A stretch of 64,000 nucleotides of DNA from Eledone cirrhosa (taxonomy: Eukaryota): contig OZ024743.1 of assembly GCA_964016885.1 (NCBI GenBank), positions 303,304,001 to 303,368,000 on the forward strand. Direction: 5' to 3'. A program made the position numbers and the translations under genes. The notes under the pieces are model-generated. The model worked only from the letters and a program-made list of their open reading frames with translations. It was not told the DNA's origin and did no database searches. Of the stretch, positions 1 to 14,100 are shown one piece after another; position 1 is the first letter of the stretch, and every line of letters starts with the position of its first letter.

Positions 1-299
1 ACTCTATCAAATGATTGTATTGATTACGAAAAGCATTCTATAGTTTACCAAAATATCTGCCATCCTCGGGAAGTTCCAGTCATTCGATGTGAAACAGTGA
101 GAAAACAACACTCTTTGAGAGAAGTGAAAACAAATCTCTAATAGCTGGAGTTGTTGACATTATTTATTGAATTATTTATCAATGCTTTTATTTTGTATCG
201 CAAACCTAAGTAAAATGCTCAATTAAGCTAAACATGAATATATAATTGATGGAAAAAACATAAATCTGTTGTTTTACATGACTGTAGCAAAACAGAAAG

Positions 300-1200
300 T
301 AGTTCAGAGATGATATTAAAATTAAATGTTGACTAATTAAATGTGCCAAAGCCATATTGGGCAGCGGAAAGCTATTGAAAACTTCAGACGTTAAACATGG
401 TATGGGAAAACTGAAAGAGAACTTGAACAAGCACAAATATGTCAGTATCTAAATGTGTGTAAAGGAGAGAGCATAAAACACTCAGCATTAAGGGAACAGT
501 GAAGATGGAATAGACTTCCTAGGTAAAAGCAATTTTATGATCAAATCAAAATGTCAGAAACAGAATAGCCATTCCTGTAATAACTTACAGTTTCATATCC
601 TTCACTGGTCAGAGGTAGTGATTCGTAAACCTGATAGAAAACTTAGAAATTTATCAACCATGCAAACAATGTATCAACCCAACGTAGCAGTAATATACAG
701 ATTATATCTCGCTAGGAAAGAAGGAGTTTGATGATTACAAATAAAAAGTCATTAGAAGACAGGCTTGGAGCTGACAACAAAAGCCTGTGTGTGGAAAATA
801 CACAGACAGCTTAAAATCCTGCTGGGGACAAAGCATTTTCCCATCAGTGGTTAACCACCTCTGGAGTAGGATCAGAGACTCCAGGGCTAATCATATCAGC
901 ACAGGATCAGTGTCTACGAAGAAAGCAACTATCACGCCAACACCTTAAAAAAATGGATGCAGCCCGTTGAGACGTATAAATAATATCCAGGAATAATTTA
1001 TCATACAATTTCCATGGCCAAGTTTTAGCGCCAGTCGAATTCTTTAAAAGGCACGGCATTGCTTCATAACACGTACATTGGATAATTCACAAGAACTTCG
1101 ATCTGGCCCTGCAGCTCCCGTACATAAAACAGGCCATATTTCAATTTTGTGGTACCTTAACATTCAGTCAGACCGCAAAATAGAGGCGAATAGTTTCCGG
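300..1200 (+). mobile_element. Highly degenerate R4/Dong-like non-LTR retrotransposon remnant (post-RT and REL endonuclease region)
   Basis: Fragments ILHWSEVVIRKPDRKLRNLSTMQTMYQPNVAVIYRLYLARKEG (537-731), RSETPGLIISAQDQ (~869-910) and ISILWYLNIQSDRKIEAN (1078-1269) resemble R4/Dong motifs (W...DRKTRKLLT..RLYLPRKEGGRGL; KSETEGFIIAAQDQ; ILWDF.IQTDR.I.ANRPD). Many stops and frameshifts; boundaries approximate. Confidence 0.55.
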
Positions 1201-2399
1201 CATTGTTCACATGTGGAGGTCTTTCAAATAGCTATTTTAAGGAGAGACAAGAATCCAGATATCGAATAACTCCATCGCGAAAACCGCGCCACCGTCTTTA
1301 TTTGGCCAAGAAGGACATACCGTTTGGTGGCTGTAGAGAATGCAGTTGTTTGGTGGATACAACTGAAATGACTGAATACAGAGACGTTCCTCGCTGCCAA
1401 TCCCTCATCAACTTAAAATTCTTCTCGGAAAGGAAGATGATGGTTTTCAGCGAAGTGCTGCTCCTCAGTACATTAATTAAAATGATGGTGTATATAACGA
1501 GGATTTCCCGAGTGAATAGTTCTACTCTGCTCATGCATCTGCTGGTATGTATAGTTCAGAGAGGATGAATACACCCGCCTAGGAATCACTTAATGATAAG
1601 GCTGTTTTCGGATCTATGGCGTTCCTAAACAATCTCTGGATGATTCTCACTTCATATTGGCGAATTGTGTTGTTATTTATTATGAAATGTTTCCAGTTTG
1701 GTTTATTAGAGGTTTTTCTGTAAACTATTACCACCATTGTACTTTTGTATAGTTCTCTATGATTTGACCCTAGTAGTCAATCAAATATAATTATTATTTC
1801 GTTTTTGCATTATGGTTTATTACGACAGTGATGTATATTAACTGACCATCAAGTCTAGAGAACTCAGAAAACCAGGATATGGTCTGAGCTATGAGAAGTT
1901 GATCTTTGCAGGCAGGAATCGTTAGGTTGTATTCCAAGTTCTACTGATTTCTTTTCTAATTTTTTTTGGTATCGATCAGAGTGCACCAATAACAACAGGA
2001 ATTACTTTTGACACATTCAACAAGCTAGCTGTTGAATAGTACCTTATCTTTTCCCATTATTTTTATTCAATTCACTGATCCCTAGTGATTACGACGTCAA
2101 TTATCTAGCACTTTCTCTTCTCTTTGTTTTCAACGAAAACAATGCCAGGTCCCCAGTGTTCAATAACTGTCAGATCCCACATTATCTTTCCTTTCTCATT
2201 TTCAATTACACTCTGCGATCCACGGCGATACCATTTCTGCTCCACTTTGAATCCATATGTCGGACGAAGTAACTAAAGCATGTGCAAGCACATGCTTTAG
2301 TTATTTCTTGTAATTTGTTTGCGCATCAAAATACAGCCAATTAAAATGTGTGTTACATTCTACACTTTTGTTCAAAAGTGGCCATGCAAAGACATTGAA

Positions 2400-2750
2400 G
2401 CTCTCAATTCGTGCTTTCCTTTCTCAACTTGTTTCTTGTAGTTCTCTTTGCATTCCATGCTTTCTTTAGCTTATTTATTTGTCTTGGCAACGTATAGCTT
2501 TGCCATTTGCGACGTAAACGTCTATGCCTCTCCTCTCTGCATTGACGCATTATTCTATTCCAATTAACCTCCCCAACCTTTCTTTCTTGACTTAAATAAG
2601 CTCAACACATTTGCACACTTACAGATTGAACCCGTCTCTTCCAATGTCGACCTGATCTTTCTGTCAATGCCAATGTCCTGTTTGGTCCGAATACGGATCG
2701 CCTCACTGTATCTCACTACTGGTAGAGCGCAGCAACTTTCTTGCATTTAG
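2400..2750 (-). mobile_element. Second degenerate R4/Dong-like LINE fragment
   Basis: ORF 2564-2746 (..IDRKIRSTLEETG...NVLSLFKSRKKGWGG) resembles the same IDRKTRKLL...RLY.SRK.GGRG motif; boundaries approximate. Confidence 0.35.
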
Positions 2751-2825
2751 TTTTATCTTTACAATTAATCCTACTCTTCTGAAGAAAGTTTCTTTGAATA
2801 GTTGTTTTATTATTATCATTATTAG

Positions 2826-3063
2826 GGCCGTGAGGGCGGCAGATAGGCAGAATTGGGAAAGCGTCAGACTCCATATTTTGCAGCATAGAGTTACGCCCCT
2901 TTACTATCTGAGTTTAAATCCCACCGAGATGAACTTTGTCTTTCTTCTTTATGTGGTAGACAAGATAAATCACCAGTAGTGCACTGGAGTCGGTTTGATC
3001 GATTTCCCCTCTCCTTCAAATTGCTAGCCTTCAGTTAAAGTAGACGTAATTATTATTATTATT
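2826..3063 (+). mobile_element. tRNA-derived SINE copy
   Basis: A-box-like (AGGCAGAATTGG) and B-box-like (GAGTTTAAATCCC) motifs and an (ATT)n tail; homologous to 62677-62857, 38045-38240 (-) and 59125-59340. Confidence 0.6.
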
Positions 3064-3574
3064 GGGGTTGTTGTTTTGTTGTCGTTGTTGTTGTTGATGT
3101 TACTATGTCACGCCCCCCCCCCCCCCCCAGACAGCAATGTCCTACATTGATGAAACATAACGTACCACTGTGGGTATATGAGCCTTACAGTTAAGGTCCG
3201 TTTATACAATGATATAGTTTCATAAAGGTTTTGATCATGAATAAAATCTGACGGTTGAGGTTGTCATTCACCTCCAACGCCGTTGAGAGTAATCAGATAC
3301 CTAAAGCAGTCGAACAATTTAAAATGCCAAAACACCAGTTGCGCAGTAATAATAGATCAATGTGAATATATACGATAATTTACATATTACTCATAGGTCT
3401 CAAACAATATATGAATGAATAATGATAGGGTTAAATCTGAATATACGTGTGATAGATAAAACAATATCTCATTAGATTAGAGAAAAACACGGCAAAAATA
3501 TTCATTTGTTTCAGTGCATTTTCGTCAATTTTAAATATGATTTTTAAAACCATAGACCACTCTAACATATGTGT

Positions 3575-3626
3575 CTATGTCTGAACACACACACGCACAC
3601 ATACACACACGCACACACACACACAT

Positions 3627-3660
<34 letters not shown>

Positions 3661-3663
3661 GTG

Positions 3664-3694
<31 letters not shown>

Positions 3695-3774
3695 ATGTGA
3701 GTGTGTGTATGTGTGTGTGTGTCGGCAGTGTCTATGTGGGTATATAGAAATATGTGTATATATAAACAGTATGC

Positions 3775-3811
<37 letters not shown>

Positions 3812-4675
3812 CATTCGATGTTTACCGGAGAAAAGTCATTTGGAAATTGAAAATATATTGTTGAATGGATAACGTGATTTTATTCACTTTTTGGTTTGTT
3901 TGTTTATGTTAGTTGTGTTTTCATTTATAGAATTAAAAAAATGACGAGATAGAGCAAAGTACCAAAAACAATGTGTAAAAAAAATTCGGAAATTTCTTGA
4001 ATCAATAAAATATGGCAATGTTTGACTGATTGTTTTGTTGGCTGGCATAAATGGAATTAAATGAAACGTATTGTTATATGAATATAATTTTGAAATTATT
4101 TTCGCATGTATGTGCTTATGTGAGGGAGTGTAACTGTGTAGGTGCGACTGTATGTGTATCTATTTGTGATAGTGAGAGTGAATATGGCATCTGAGACCCC
4201 TTAACTATAGTTATTTTACTCATTTCAAAAATGTATTTTATGTATTCTCCCTGATTCCCATCTTGTCAGTCTGTCAGTCTTCTCCCTCACCCTATACACA
4301 CTCACATACAGCATACGCACATCCATCTATATATATATGTGTATGTGTGTGTATGTTTAAATGAGTGGGCGAATATGCGTGTATCGGTGTGAATGCATAC
4401 ACTCGATTCTATATTGAAATGTGTGATACATTTCGGTCTGTATATAGATTGTGTAGCTCTGTATATATATTTAAAAATTATAGTCATGTAAACATGACAA
4501 ATTTTAAATACTTCCCACTACAATATAAGAATGGTAAATATATTGAATCGATTGTCGAGCTCTTTCTGTGTTCTTAAAAAAAATTATTCATATCATACAT
4601 AGTTACACGAAAATACGAATGTGAGGGATATATATATACAATACTACTCATATCAGAACTCTGAAAAGGACGTAC

Positions 4676-4764
<89 letters not shown>

Positions 4765-4792
4765 ACACACACATGCACACACACACACACAT

Positions 4793-4831
<39 letters not shown>

Positions 4832-4860
4832 ACACCACACACACACACATATATATATGT
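3575..4860. repeat. (CA)n/(TA)n/(TG)n microsatellite clusters (3575-3812 and 4678-4860)
   Basis: Directly visible dinucleotide runs; these produce the spurious HT/CV/IY ORFs. Confidence 0.95.
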
Positions 4861-6206
4861 GCAGACACCTTAGGACGGGAACATTCCTCAAGCTATATGG
4901 ATAAACCCCGGTTATGCCCCCCCCCCCATATAGGTCCCGTACACCCCGTACCAATGACAAATGGGCAACAACACCCACACATAGTTTGTGGTCCCCAGGT
5001 TGGATTGTCCACCGGATCCTCTACTGGTTAGGAGTCAGCAAAACCACGTTTTTTTAACCTGATGAACCCATAGGGAGTGAGTGGCCCACATAGGAAGAGC
5101 GAATGAGTGCCCGCAACCGTGCGTTGTGTGTGTATACCGGGATTAGGTGAATGTACGCACTTATGTGAACGCAACGAAATACTAATACCCCAGGTTGCAC
5201 TTGAAAAATGTTCGAGTGTATGCTTAAGAGTATATTTGTGTATGCTCTCTTATATGAATGCATTTGTTTATATAGACATACACACGCATCCAGAGGTATA
5301 CAAGTGTGGGTGGGTGCGTGTACCTTTATATGTCTGTACTAGGTAATTGCCTAAGCTCCAAAGCTCCTAAGCTATTGTTGTGAAGATATATATCACACTC
5401 TAATTTTGTCTAGTCTAAACAATAACTTTTCCAAACACCCACTCTACTGTTCTTTAAAAATAACACCCACCTCGTTTTATGTCTACCATATACTTGGATT
5501 TGGGGACCTCTTTTGTATATATGTACACACAAGTGCGTAAATATATACAAAAGTAAGTATTTTTATATGTAAGTCTTTTTATATGTAAACTTTCTAAGTA
5601 TTTGACTCTAACCATAAGTTTCAATAATACCACTCCACATATATTCCCCAATTTGTAGGTGTGGATGTGTGTGTGTGTGTCTGTGGGGGTGGGTGTGAGT
5701 GTATGTGCAAGTCAAACAAAATAAGTCTTTTGATATGCAAACCTCCTAAGTATTTCACTCTAACCATAATTTTCAGTAGTACCACCCCACATAAATTCCT
5801 CAATTTAAGAATGTCCTGTAGTATCGAATTTCATACTATAAACCTCAATTGAATATATATCTGACCAGGAAGGCTTTTTGTGAAAATAAGTCATGTGGAA
5901 CTATTGTCATCTTGCCTAACGGTTTGAAATTAACAACACAACCGACCTCGTTGAGGTCAAATAGCAATCCTACTAGCATCTACAAACTGACCAATGAGAA
6001 TTAAGATTATTCCTGCTGACAAAATTAAATTATCCCTAACAAGCTCATATGTCACAAGGCTCTGAAACCATCGACACCAAAAACACAGAGCTGGCAAATC
6101 TAAGAACTGACTAAGTGATTCATCAGGTCATAGCCATACGATGGCTATCATCGAAATATATATAGCTGTAAATAAAAGATTACGCAATTGACTTATGTTT
6201 CGTCAC

Positions 6207-6321
<115 letters not shown>

Positions 6322-6392
6322 AAAAAGGGATGAAATCGAAAATGCAACTGGAGTCTTATTTAAAAAAAATATATATATATATTTATTTGGTT

Positions 6393-6430
6393 CCTTTACC
6401 GGTTTCGCAGTTCTTCTGCTTTTCAAAAGG
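6393..6430 (-). ncRNA. Minimal type I hammerhead ribozyme (U3-A8 core variant) in PLE pseudo-LTR
   Basis: Reverse complement reads CCUU-UUGAAAA-GCAG AAGAA CUGC-GAAA-CCGG-UA-AAGG; identical to 26119-26156. Confidence 0.7.
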
Positions 6431-7239
6431 TGAGTTGAGATGGAGGGTCTGTGGTTTTTCTCACATCTGGTTGGTCTCTGAATGTTACTTGTTTTATATG
6501 GAAAAAGTGGCTCGAAATGCCAGGTTTTTCGAGAAGTAATTTGATTGGTTTGTCAATAATTATAATAAATTTCGCACCAGTTCGCGTTACAATAGTTCTT
6601 GGAATAAGAGGGTGAGGGGGGGGGTGGGGGCTGTCGCAGGTTGTTTTTTCATATATGAGTGTTTGAATTTCTTTTTACTTGAAAAAAGGAGGCTCACGAA
6701 GGCTTTTTTTGGTTGGTTATAAATGAAATTATGGCTGTCACGTGAACAAATTTTCATTAAATTGTTGTGCCCTTATTTGGAAATCCATTATGTAGCCTTT
6801 TTAGAGAATTGTTTGATAAGTGAAAGATAATGGTCAAGAGAAAGGGATGGGAGAATTGTTCTGGTTCAGTGAATATGGTTAGTTCGCTGGGGTGTAAGAG
6901 TTCAGATTTTCTATTGAAGTGAAGATATGTAAGTTTATTTGTGTGCTTGTGTGTGTGTATGTATGTGTGTGTGTGTGTGTTTATGTGTGTATTGGAAGAT
7001 GATTATATTAGTAGAAATGGGGGAGGGAGTTGTGTGTGTGTGTATATGGGTGTTATGTGTGTGTGTGCGAGTATGTTAAGATGGAGAGAATATATATTTT
7101 GTGTGTGTGTATATATATATGTGTGATGGAAAATGGTTCTATTAGTAGAAATGGGGAGGGAGTTGTAGGTGTGGGGGTTGTTATGTGTGTGTATGGGTGT
7201 TATGTGTGTGGGAGTATGGTTAGCATGTTCAGATGAAGA

Positions 7240-7298
<59 letters not shown>

Positions 7299-7303
<5 letters not shown>

Positions 7304-10300
7304 ATAAATGCTCTGAGATAGCGATATATATGTGAATATAGACATAGAATATTCGAAAATATTCTGTATGTTTATAATAAACATTTTGAAGACCTAATCG
7401 CTATAGAATAGAATACGTCACGTATTACAATTAGATTCTCGACAAAAGCAAGGGAAGTAATCTACGCGTTTCATTCTTGTTAGAAATCATCAGGACTACA
7501 TATCCAGTGCTTTTATCGAGAATGACACAGCTAGAGACTTATAGAATACTTAGCTGTGTACAGGAACTGGTTTGAAAGAGCGGTTGCCGGTCCGGCAGAA
7601 ATTAGAAATTGGAATAAATGCTCTGAGATAGCGATATATATGTGAATATAGACATAGAATATTCGAAAATATTCTGTATGTTTATAATAAACATTTTGAA
7701 GACCTAATCGCTATAGAATAGAATACGTCACGTATTACAATTAGATTCTCGACAAAAGCAAGGGAAGTAATCTACGCGTTTCATTCTTGTTAGAAATCAT
7801 CAGGACTACATATCCAGTGCTTTTATCGAGAATGACACAGCTAGAGACTTATAGAATACTTAGCTGTGTACAGGAACTGGTTTGAAAGAGCGGTTGCCGG
7901 TCCGGCAGAAATTAGAAATTGGAATAAATGCTCTGAGATAGCGATATATATGTGAATATAGACATAGAATATTCGAAAATATTCTGTATGTTTATAATAA
8001 ACATTTTGAAGACCTAATCGCTATAGAATAGAATACGTCACGTATTACAATTAGATTCTCGACAAAAGCAAGGGAAGTAATCTACGCGTTTCATTCTTGT
8101 TAGAAATCATCAGGACTACATATCCAGTGCTTTTATCGAGAATGACACAGCTAGAGACTTATAGAATACTTAGCTGTGTACAGGAACTGGTTTGAAAGAG
8201 CGGTTGCCGGTCCGGCAGAAATTAGAAATTGGAATAAATGCTCTGAGATAGCGATATATATGTGAATATAGACATAGAATATTCGAAAATATTCTGTATG
8301 TTTATAATAAACATTTTGAAGACCTAATCGCTATAGAATAGAATACGTCACGTATTACAATTAGATTCTCGACAAAAGCAAGGGAAGTAATCTACGCGTT
8401 TCATTCTTGTTAGAAATCATCAGGACTACATATCCAGTGCTTTTATCGAGAATGACACAGCTAGAGACTTATAGAATACTTAGCTGTGTACAGGAACTGG
8501 TTTGAAAGAGCGGTTGCCGGTCCGGCAGAAATTAGAAATTGGAATAAATGCTCTGAGATAGCGATATATATGTGAATATAGACATAGAATATTCGAAAAT
8601 ATTCTGTATGTTTATAATAAACATTTTGAAGACCTAATCGCTATAGAATAGAATACGTCACGTATTACAATTAGATTCTCGACAAAAGCAAGGGAAGTAA
8701 TCTACGCGTTTCATTCTTGTTAGAAATCATCAGGACTACATATCCAGTGCTTTTATCGAGAATGACACAGCTAGAGACTTATAGAATACTTAGCTGTGTA
8801 CAGGAACTGGTTTGAAAGAGCGGTTGCCGGTCCGGCAGAAATTAGAAATTGGAATAAATGCTCTGAGATAGCGATATATATGTGAATATAGACATAGAAT
8901 ATTCGAAATATTCTGTATGTTTATAATGAACATTTTGAAGACCTAATCGCTATAGAATAGAATACGTCACGTATTACAATTAGATTCTCGACAAAAGCAA
9001 GGGAAGTAATCTACGCGTTTCATTCTTGTTAGAAATCATCAGGACTACATATCCAGTGCTTTTATCGAGAATGACACAGCTAGAGACTTATAGAATACTT
9101 AGCTGTGTACAGGAACTGGTTTGAAAGAGCGGTTGCCGGTCCGGCAGAAATTAGAAATTGGAATAAATGCTCTGAGATAGCGATATATATGTGAATATAG
9201 ACATAGAATATTCGAAAATATTCTGTATGTTTATAATAAACATTTTGAAGACCTAATCGCTATAGAATAGAATACGTCACGTATTACAATTAGATTCTCG
9301 ACAAAAGCAAGGGAAGTAATCTACGCGTTTCATTCTTGTTAGAAATCATCAGGACTACATATCCAGTGCTTTTATCGAGAATGACACAGCTAGAGACTTA
9401 TAGAATACTTAGCTGTGTACAGGAACTGGTTTGAAAGAGCGGTTGCCGGTCCGGCAGAAATTAGAAATTGGAATAAATGCTCTGAGATAGCGATATATAT
9501 GTGAATATAGACATAGAATATTCGAAAATATTCTGTATGTTTATAATAAACATTTTGAAGACCTAATCGCTATAGAATAGAATACGTCACGTATTACAAT
9601 TAGATTCTCGACAAAAGCAAGGGAAGTAATCTACGCGTTTCATTCTTGTTAGAAATCATCAGGACTACATATCCAGTGCTTTTATCGAGAATGACACAGC
9701 TAGAGACTTATAGAATACTTAGCTGTGTACAGGAACTGGTTTGAAAGAGCGGTTGCCGGTCCGGCAGAAATTAGAAATTGGAATAAATGCTCTGAGATAG
9801 CGATATATATGTGAATATAGACATAGAATATTCGAAAATATTCTGTATGTTTATAATAAACATTTTGAAGACCTAATCGCTATAGAATAGAATACGTCAC
9901 GTATTACAATTAGATTCTCGACAAAAGCAAGGGAAGTAATCTACGCGTTTCATTCTTGTTAGAAATCATCAGGACTACATATCCAGTGCTTTTATCGAGA
10001 ATGACACAGCTAGAGACTTATAGAATACTTAGCTGTGTACAGGAACTGGTTTGAAAGAGCGGTTGCCGGTCCGGCAGAAATTAGAAATTGGAATAAATGC
10101 TCTGAGATAGCGATATATATGTGAATATAGACATAGAATATTCGAAAATATTCTGTATGTTTATAATAAACATTTTGAAGACCTAATCGCTATAGAATAG
10201 AATACGTCACGTATTACAATTAGATTCTCGACAAAAGCAAGGGAAGTAATCTACGCGTTTCATTCTTGTTAGAAATCATCAGGACTACATATCCAGTGCT

Positions 10301-11185
10301 TTTATCGAGAATGACACAGCTAGAGACTTATAGAATACTTAGCTGTGTACAGGAACTGGTTTGAAAGAGCGGTTGCCGGTCCGGCAGAAATTAGAAATTG
10401 GAATAAATGCTCTGAGATAGCGATATATATGTGAATATAGACATAGAATATTCGAAAATATTCTGTATGTTTATAATAAACATTTTGAAGACCTAATCGC
10501 TATAGAATAGAATACGTCACGTATTACAATTAGATTCTCGACAAAAGCAAGGGAAGTAATCTACGCGTTTCATTCTTGTTAGAAATCATCAGGACTACAT
10601 ATCCAGTGCTTTTATCGAGAATGACACAGCTAGAGACTTATAGAATACTTAGCTGTGTACAGGAACTGGTTTGAAAGAGCGGTTGCCGGTCCGGCAGAAA
10701 TTAGAAATTGGAATAAATGCTCTGAGATAGCGATATATATGTGAATATAGACATAGAATATTCGAAAATATTCTGTATGTTTATAATAAACATTTTGAAG
10801 ACCTAATCGCTATAGAATAGAATACGTCACGTATTACAATTAGATTCTCGACAAAAGCAAGGGAAGTAATCTACGCGTTTCATTCTTGTTAGAAATCATC
10901 AGGACTACATATCCAGTGCTTTTATCGAGAATGACACAGCTAAAGACTTATAGAATACTTAGCTGTGTACAGGAACTGGTTTGAAAGAGCGGTTGCCGGT
11001 CCGGCAGAAATTAGAAATTGGAATAAATGCTCTGAGATAGCGATATATATGTGAATATAGACATAGAATATTCGAAAATATTCTGTATGTTTATAATAAA
11101 CATTTTGAAGACCTAATCGCTATAGAATAGAATACGTCACGTATTACAATTAGATTCTCGACAAAAGCAAGGGAAGTAATCTACG
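7299..11185 (-). repeat. Left arm of 310-bp HHR-containing tandem array (~12.5 units, retrozyme-like)
   Basis: Period 310 (GGAATAAATG at 7301, 7611, 7921...); near-identical units; HHR on the minus strand, first at 7457-7499. Confidence 0.95.
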
Positions 11186-14100
11186 TGTCTATATTCACAT
11201 ATATATCGCTATCTCAGAGCATTTATTCCAATTTCTAATTTCTGCCGGACCGGCAACCGCTCTTTCAAACCAGTTCCTGTACACAGCTAAGTATTCTATA
11301 AGTCTCTAGCTGTGTCATTCTCGATAAAAGCACTGGATATGTAGTCCTGATGATTTCTAACAAGAATGAAACGCGTAGATTACTTCCCTTGCTTTTGTCG
11401 AGAATCTAATTGTAATACGTGACGTATTCTATTCTATAGCGATTAGGTCTTCAAAATGTTTATTATAAACATACAGAATATTTTCGAATATTCTATGTCT
11501 ATATTCACATATATATCGCTATCTCAGAGCATTTATTCCAATTTCTAATTTCTGCCGGACCGGCAACCGCTCTTTCAAACCAGTTCCTGTACACAGCTAA
11601 GTATTCTATAAGTCTCTAGCTGTGTCATTCTCGATAAAAGCACTGGATATGTAGTCCTGATGATTTCTAACAAGAATGAAACGCGTAGATTACTTCCCTT
11701 GCTTTTGTCGAGAATCTAATTGTAATACGTGACGTATTCTATTCTATAGCGATTAGGTCTTCAAAATGTTTATTATAAACATACAGAATATTTTCGAATA
11801 GTCTATGTCTATATTCACATATATATCGCTATCTCAGAGCATTTATTCCAATTTCTAATTTCTGCCGGACCGGCAACCGCTCTTTCAAACCAGTTCCTGT
11901 ACACAGCTAAGTATTCTATAAGTCTCTAGCTGTGTCATTCTCGATAAAAGCACTGGATATGTAGTCCTGATGATTTCTAACAAGAATGAAACGCGTAGAT
12001 TACTTCCCTTGCTTTTGTCGAGAATCTAATTGTAATACGTGACGTATTCTATTCTATAGCGATTAGGTCTTCAAAATGTTTATTATAAACATACAGAATA
12101 TTTTCGAATATTCTATGTCTATATTCACATATATATCGCTATCTCAGAGCATTTATTCCAATTTCTAATTTCTGCCGGACCGGCAACCGCTCTTTCAAAC
12201 CAGTTCCTGTACACAGCTAAGTATTCTATAAGTCTCTAGCTGTGTCATTCTCGATAAAAGCACTGGATATGTAGTCCTGATGATTTCTAACAAGAATGAA
12301 ACGCGTAGATTACTTCCCTTGCTTTTGTCGAGAATCTAATTGTAATACGTGACGTATTCTATTCTATAGCGATTAGGTCTTCAAAATGTTTATTATAAAC
12401 ATACAGAATATTTTCGAATATTCTATGTCTATATTCACATATATATCGCTATCTCAGAGCATTTATTCCAATTTCTAATTTCTGCCGGACCGGCAACCGC
12501 TCTTTCAAACCAGTTCCTGTACACATCTAAGTATTCTATAAGTCTCTAGCTGTGTCATTCTCGATAAAAGCACTGGATATGTAGTCCTGATGATTTCTAA
12601 CAAGAATGAAACGCGTAGATTACTTCCCTTGCTTTTGTCGAGAATCTAATTGTAATACGTGACGTATTCTATTCTATAGCGATTAGGTCTTCAAAATGTT
12701 TATTATAAACATACAGAATATTTTCGAATATTCTATGTCTATATTCACATATATATCGCTATCTCAGAGCATTTATTCCAATTTCTAATTTCTGCCGGAC
12801 CGGCAACCGCTCTTTCAAACCAGTCCCTGTACACAGCTAAGTATTCTATAAGTCTCTAGCTGTGTCATTCTCGATAAAAGCACTGGATATGTAGTCCTGA
12901 TGATTTCTAACAAGAATGAAACGCGTAGATTACTTCCCTTGCTTTTGTCGAGAATCTAATTGTAATACGTGACGTATTCTATTCTATAGCGATTAGGTCT
13001 TCAAAATGTTTATTATAAACATACAGAATATTTTCGAATAGTCTATGTCTATATTCACATATATATCGCTATCTCAGAGCATTTATTCCAATTTCTAATT
13101 TCTGCCGGACCGGCAACCGCTCTTTCAAACCAGTTCCTGTACACAGCTAAGTATTCTATAAGTCTCTAGCTGTGTCATTCTCGATAAAAGCACTGGATAT
13201 GTAGTCCTGATGATTTCTAACAAGAATGAAACGCGTAGATTACTTCCCTTGCTTTTGTCGAGAATCTAATTGTAATACGTGACGTATTCTATTCTATAGC
13301 GATTAGGTCTTCAAAATGTTTATTATAAACATACAGAATATTTTCGAATATTCTATGTCTATATTCACATATATATCGCTATCTCAGAGCATTTATTCCA
13401 ATTTCTAATTTCTGCCGGACCGGCAACCGCTCTTTCAAACCAGTTCCTGTACACAGCTAAGTATTCTATAAGTCTCTAGCTGTGTCATTCTCGATAAAAG
13501 CACTGGATATGTAGTCCTGATGATTTCTAACAAGAATGAAACGCGTAGATTACTTCCCTTGCTTTTGTCGAGAATCTAATTGTAATACGTGACGTATTCT
13601 ATTCTATAGCGATTAGGTCTTCAAAATGTTTATTATAAACATACAGAATATTTTCGAATATTCTATGTCTATATTCACATATATATCGCTATCTCAGAGC
13701 ATTTATTCCAATTTCTAATTTCTGCCGGACCGGCAACCGCTCTTTCAAACCAGTTCCTGTACACAGCTAAGTATTCTATAAGTCTTTAGCTGTGTCATTC
13801 TCGATAAAAGCACTGGATATGTAGTCCTGATGATTTCTAACAAGAATGAAACGCGTAGATTACTTCCCTTGCTTTTGTCGAGAATCTAATTGTAATACGT
13901 GACGTATTCTATTCTATAGCGATTAGGTCTTCAAAATGTTTATTATAAACATACAGAATATTTTCGAATATTCTATGTCTATATTCACATATATATCGCT
14001 ATCTCAGAGCATTTATTCCAATTTCTAATTTCTGCCGGACCGGCAACCGCTCTTTCAAACCAGTTCCTGTACACAGCTAAGTATTCTATAAGTCTCTAGC

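Noticed and set aside
5055-5095. CTGATGA-ACCC ATA GGG as a hammerhead
   Set aside because: No GAAA follows stem II and no stem I or III can be formed.
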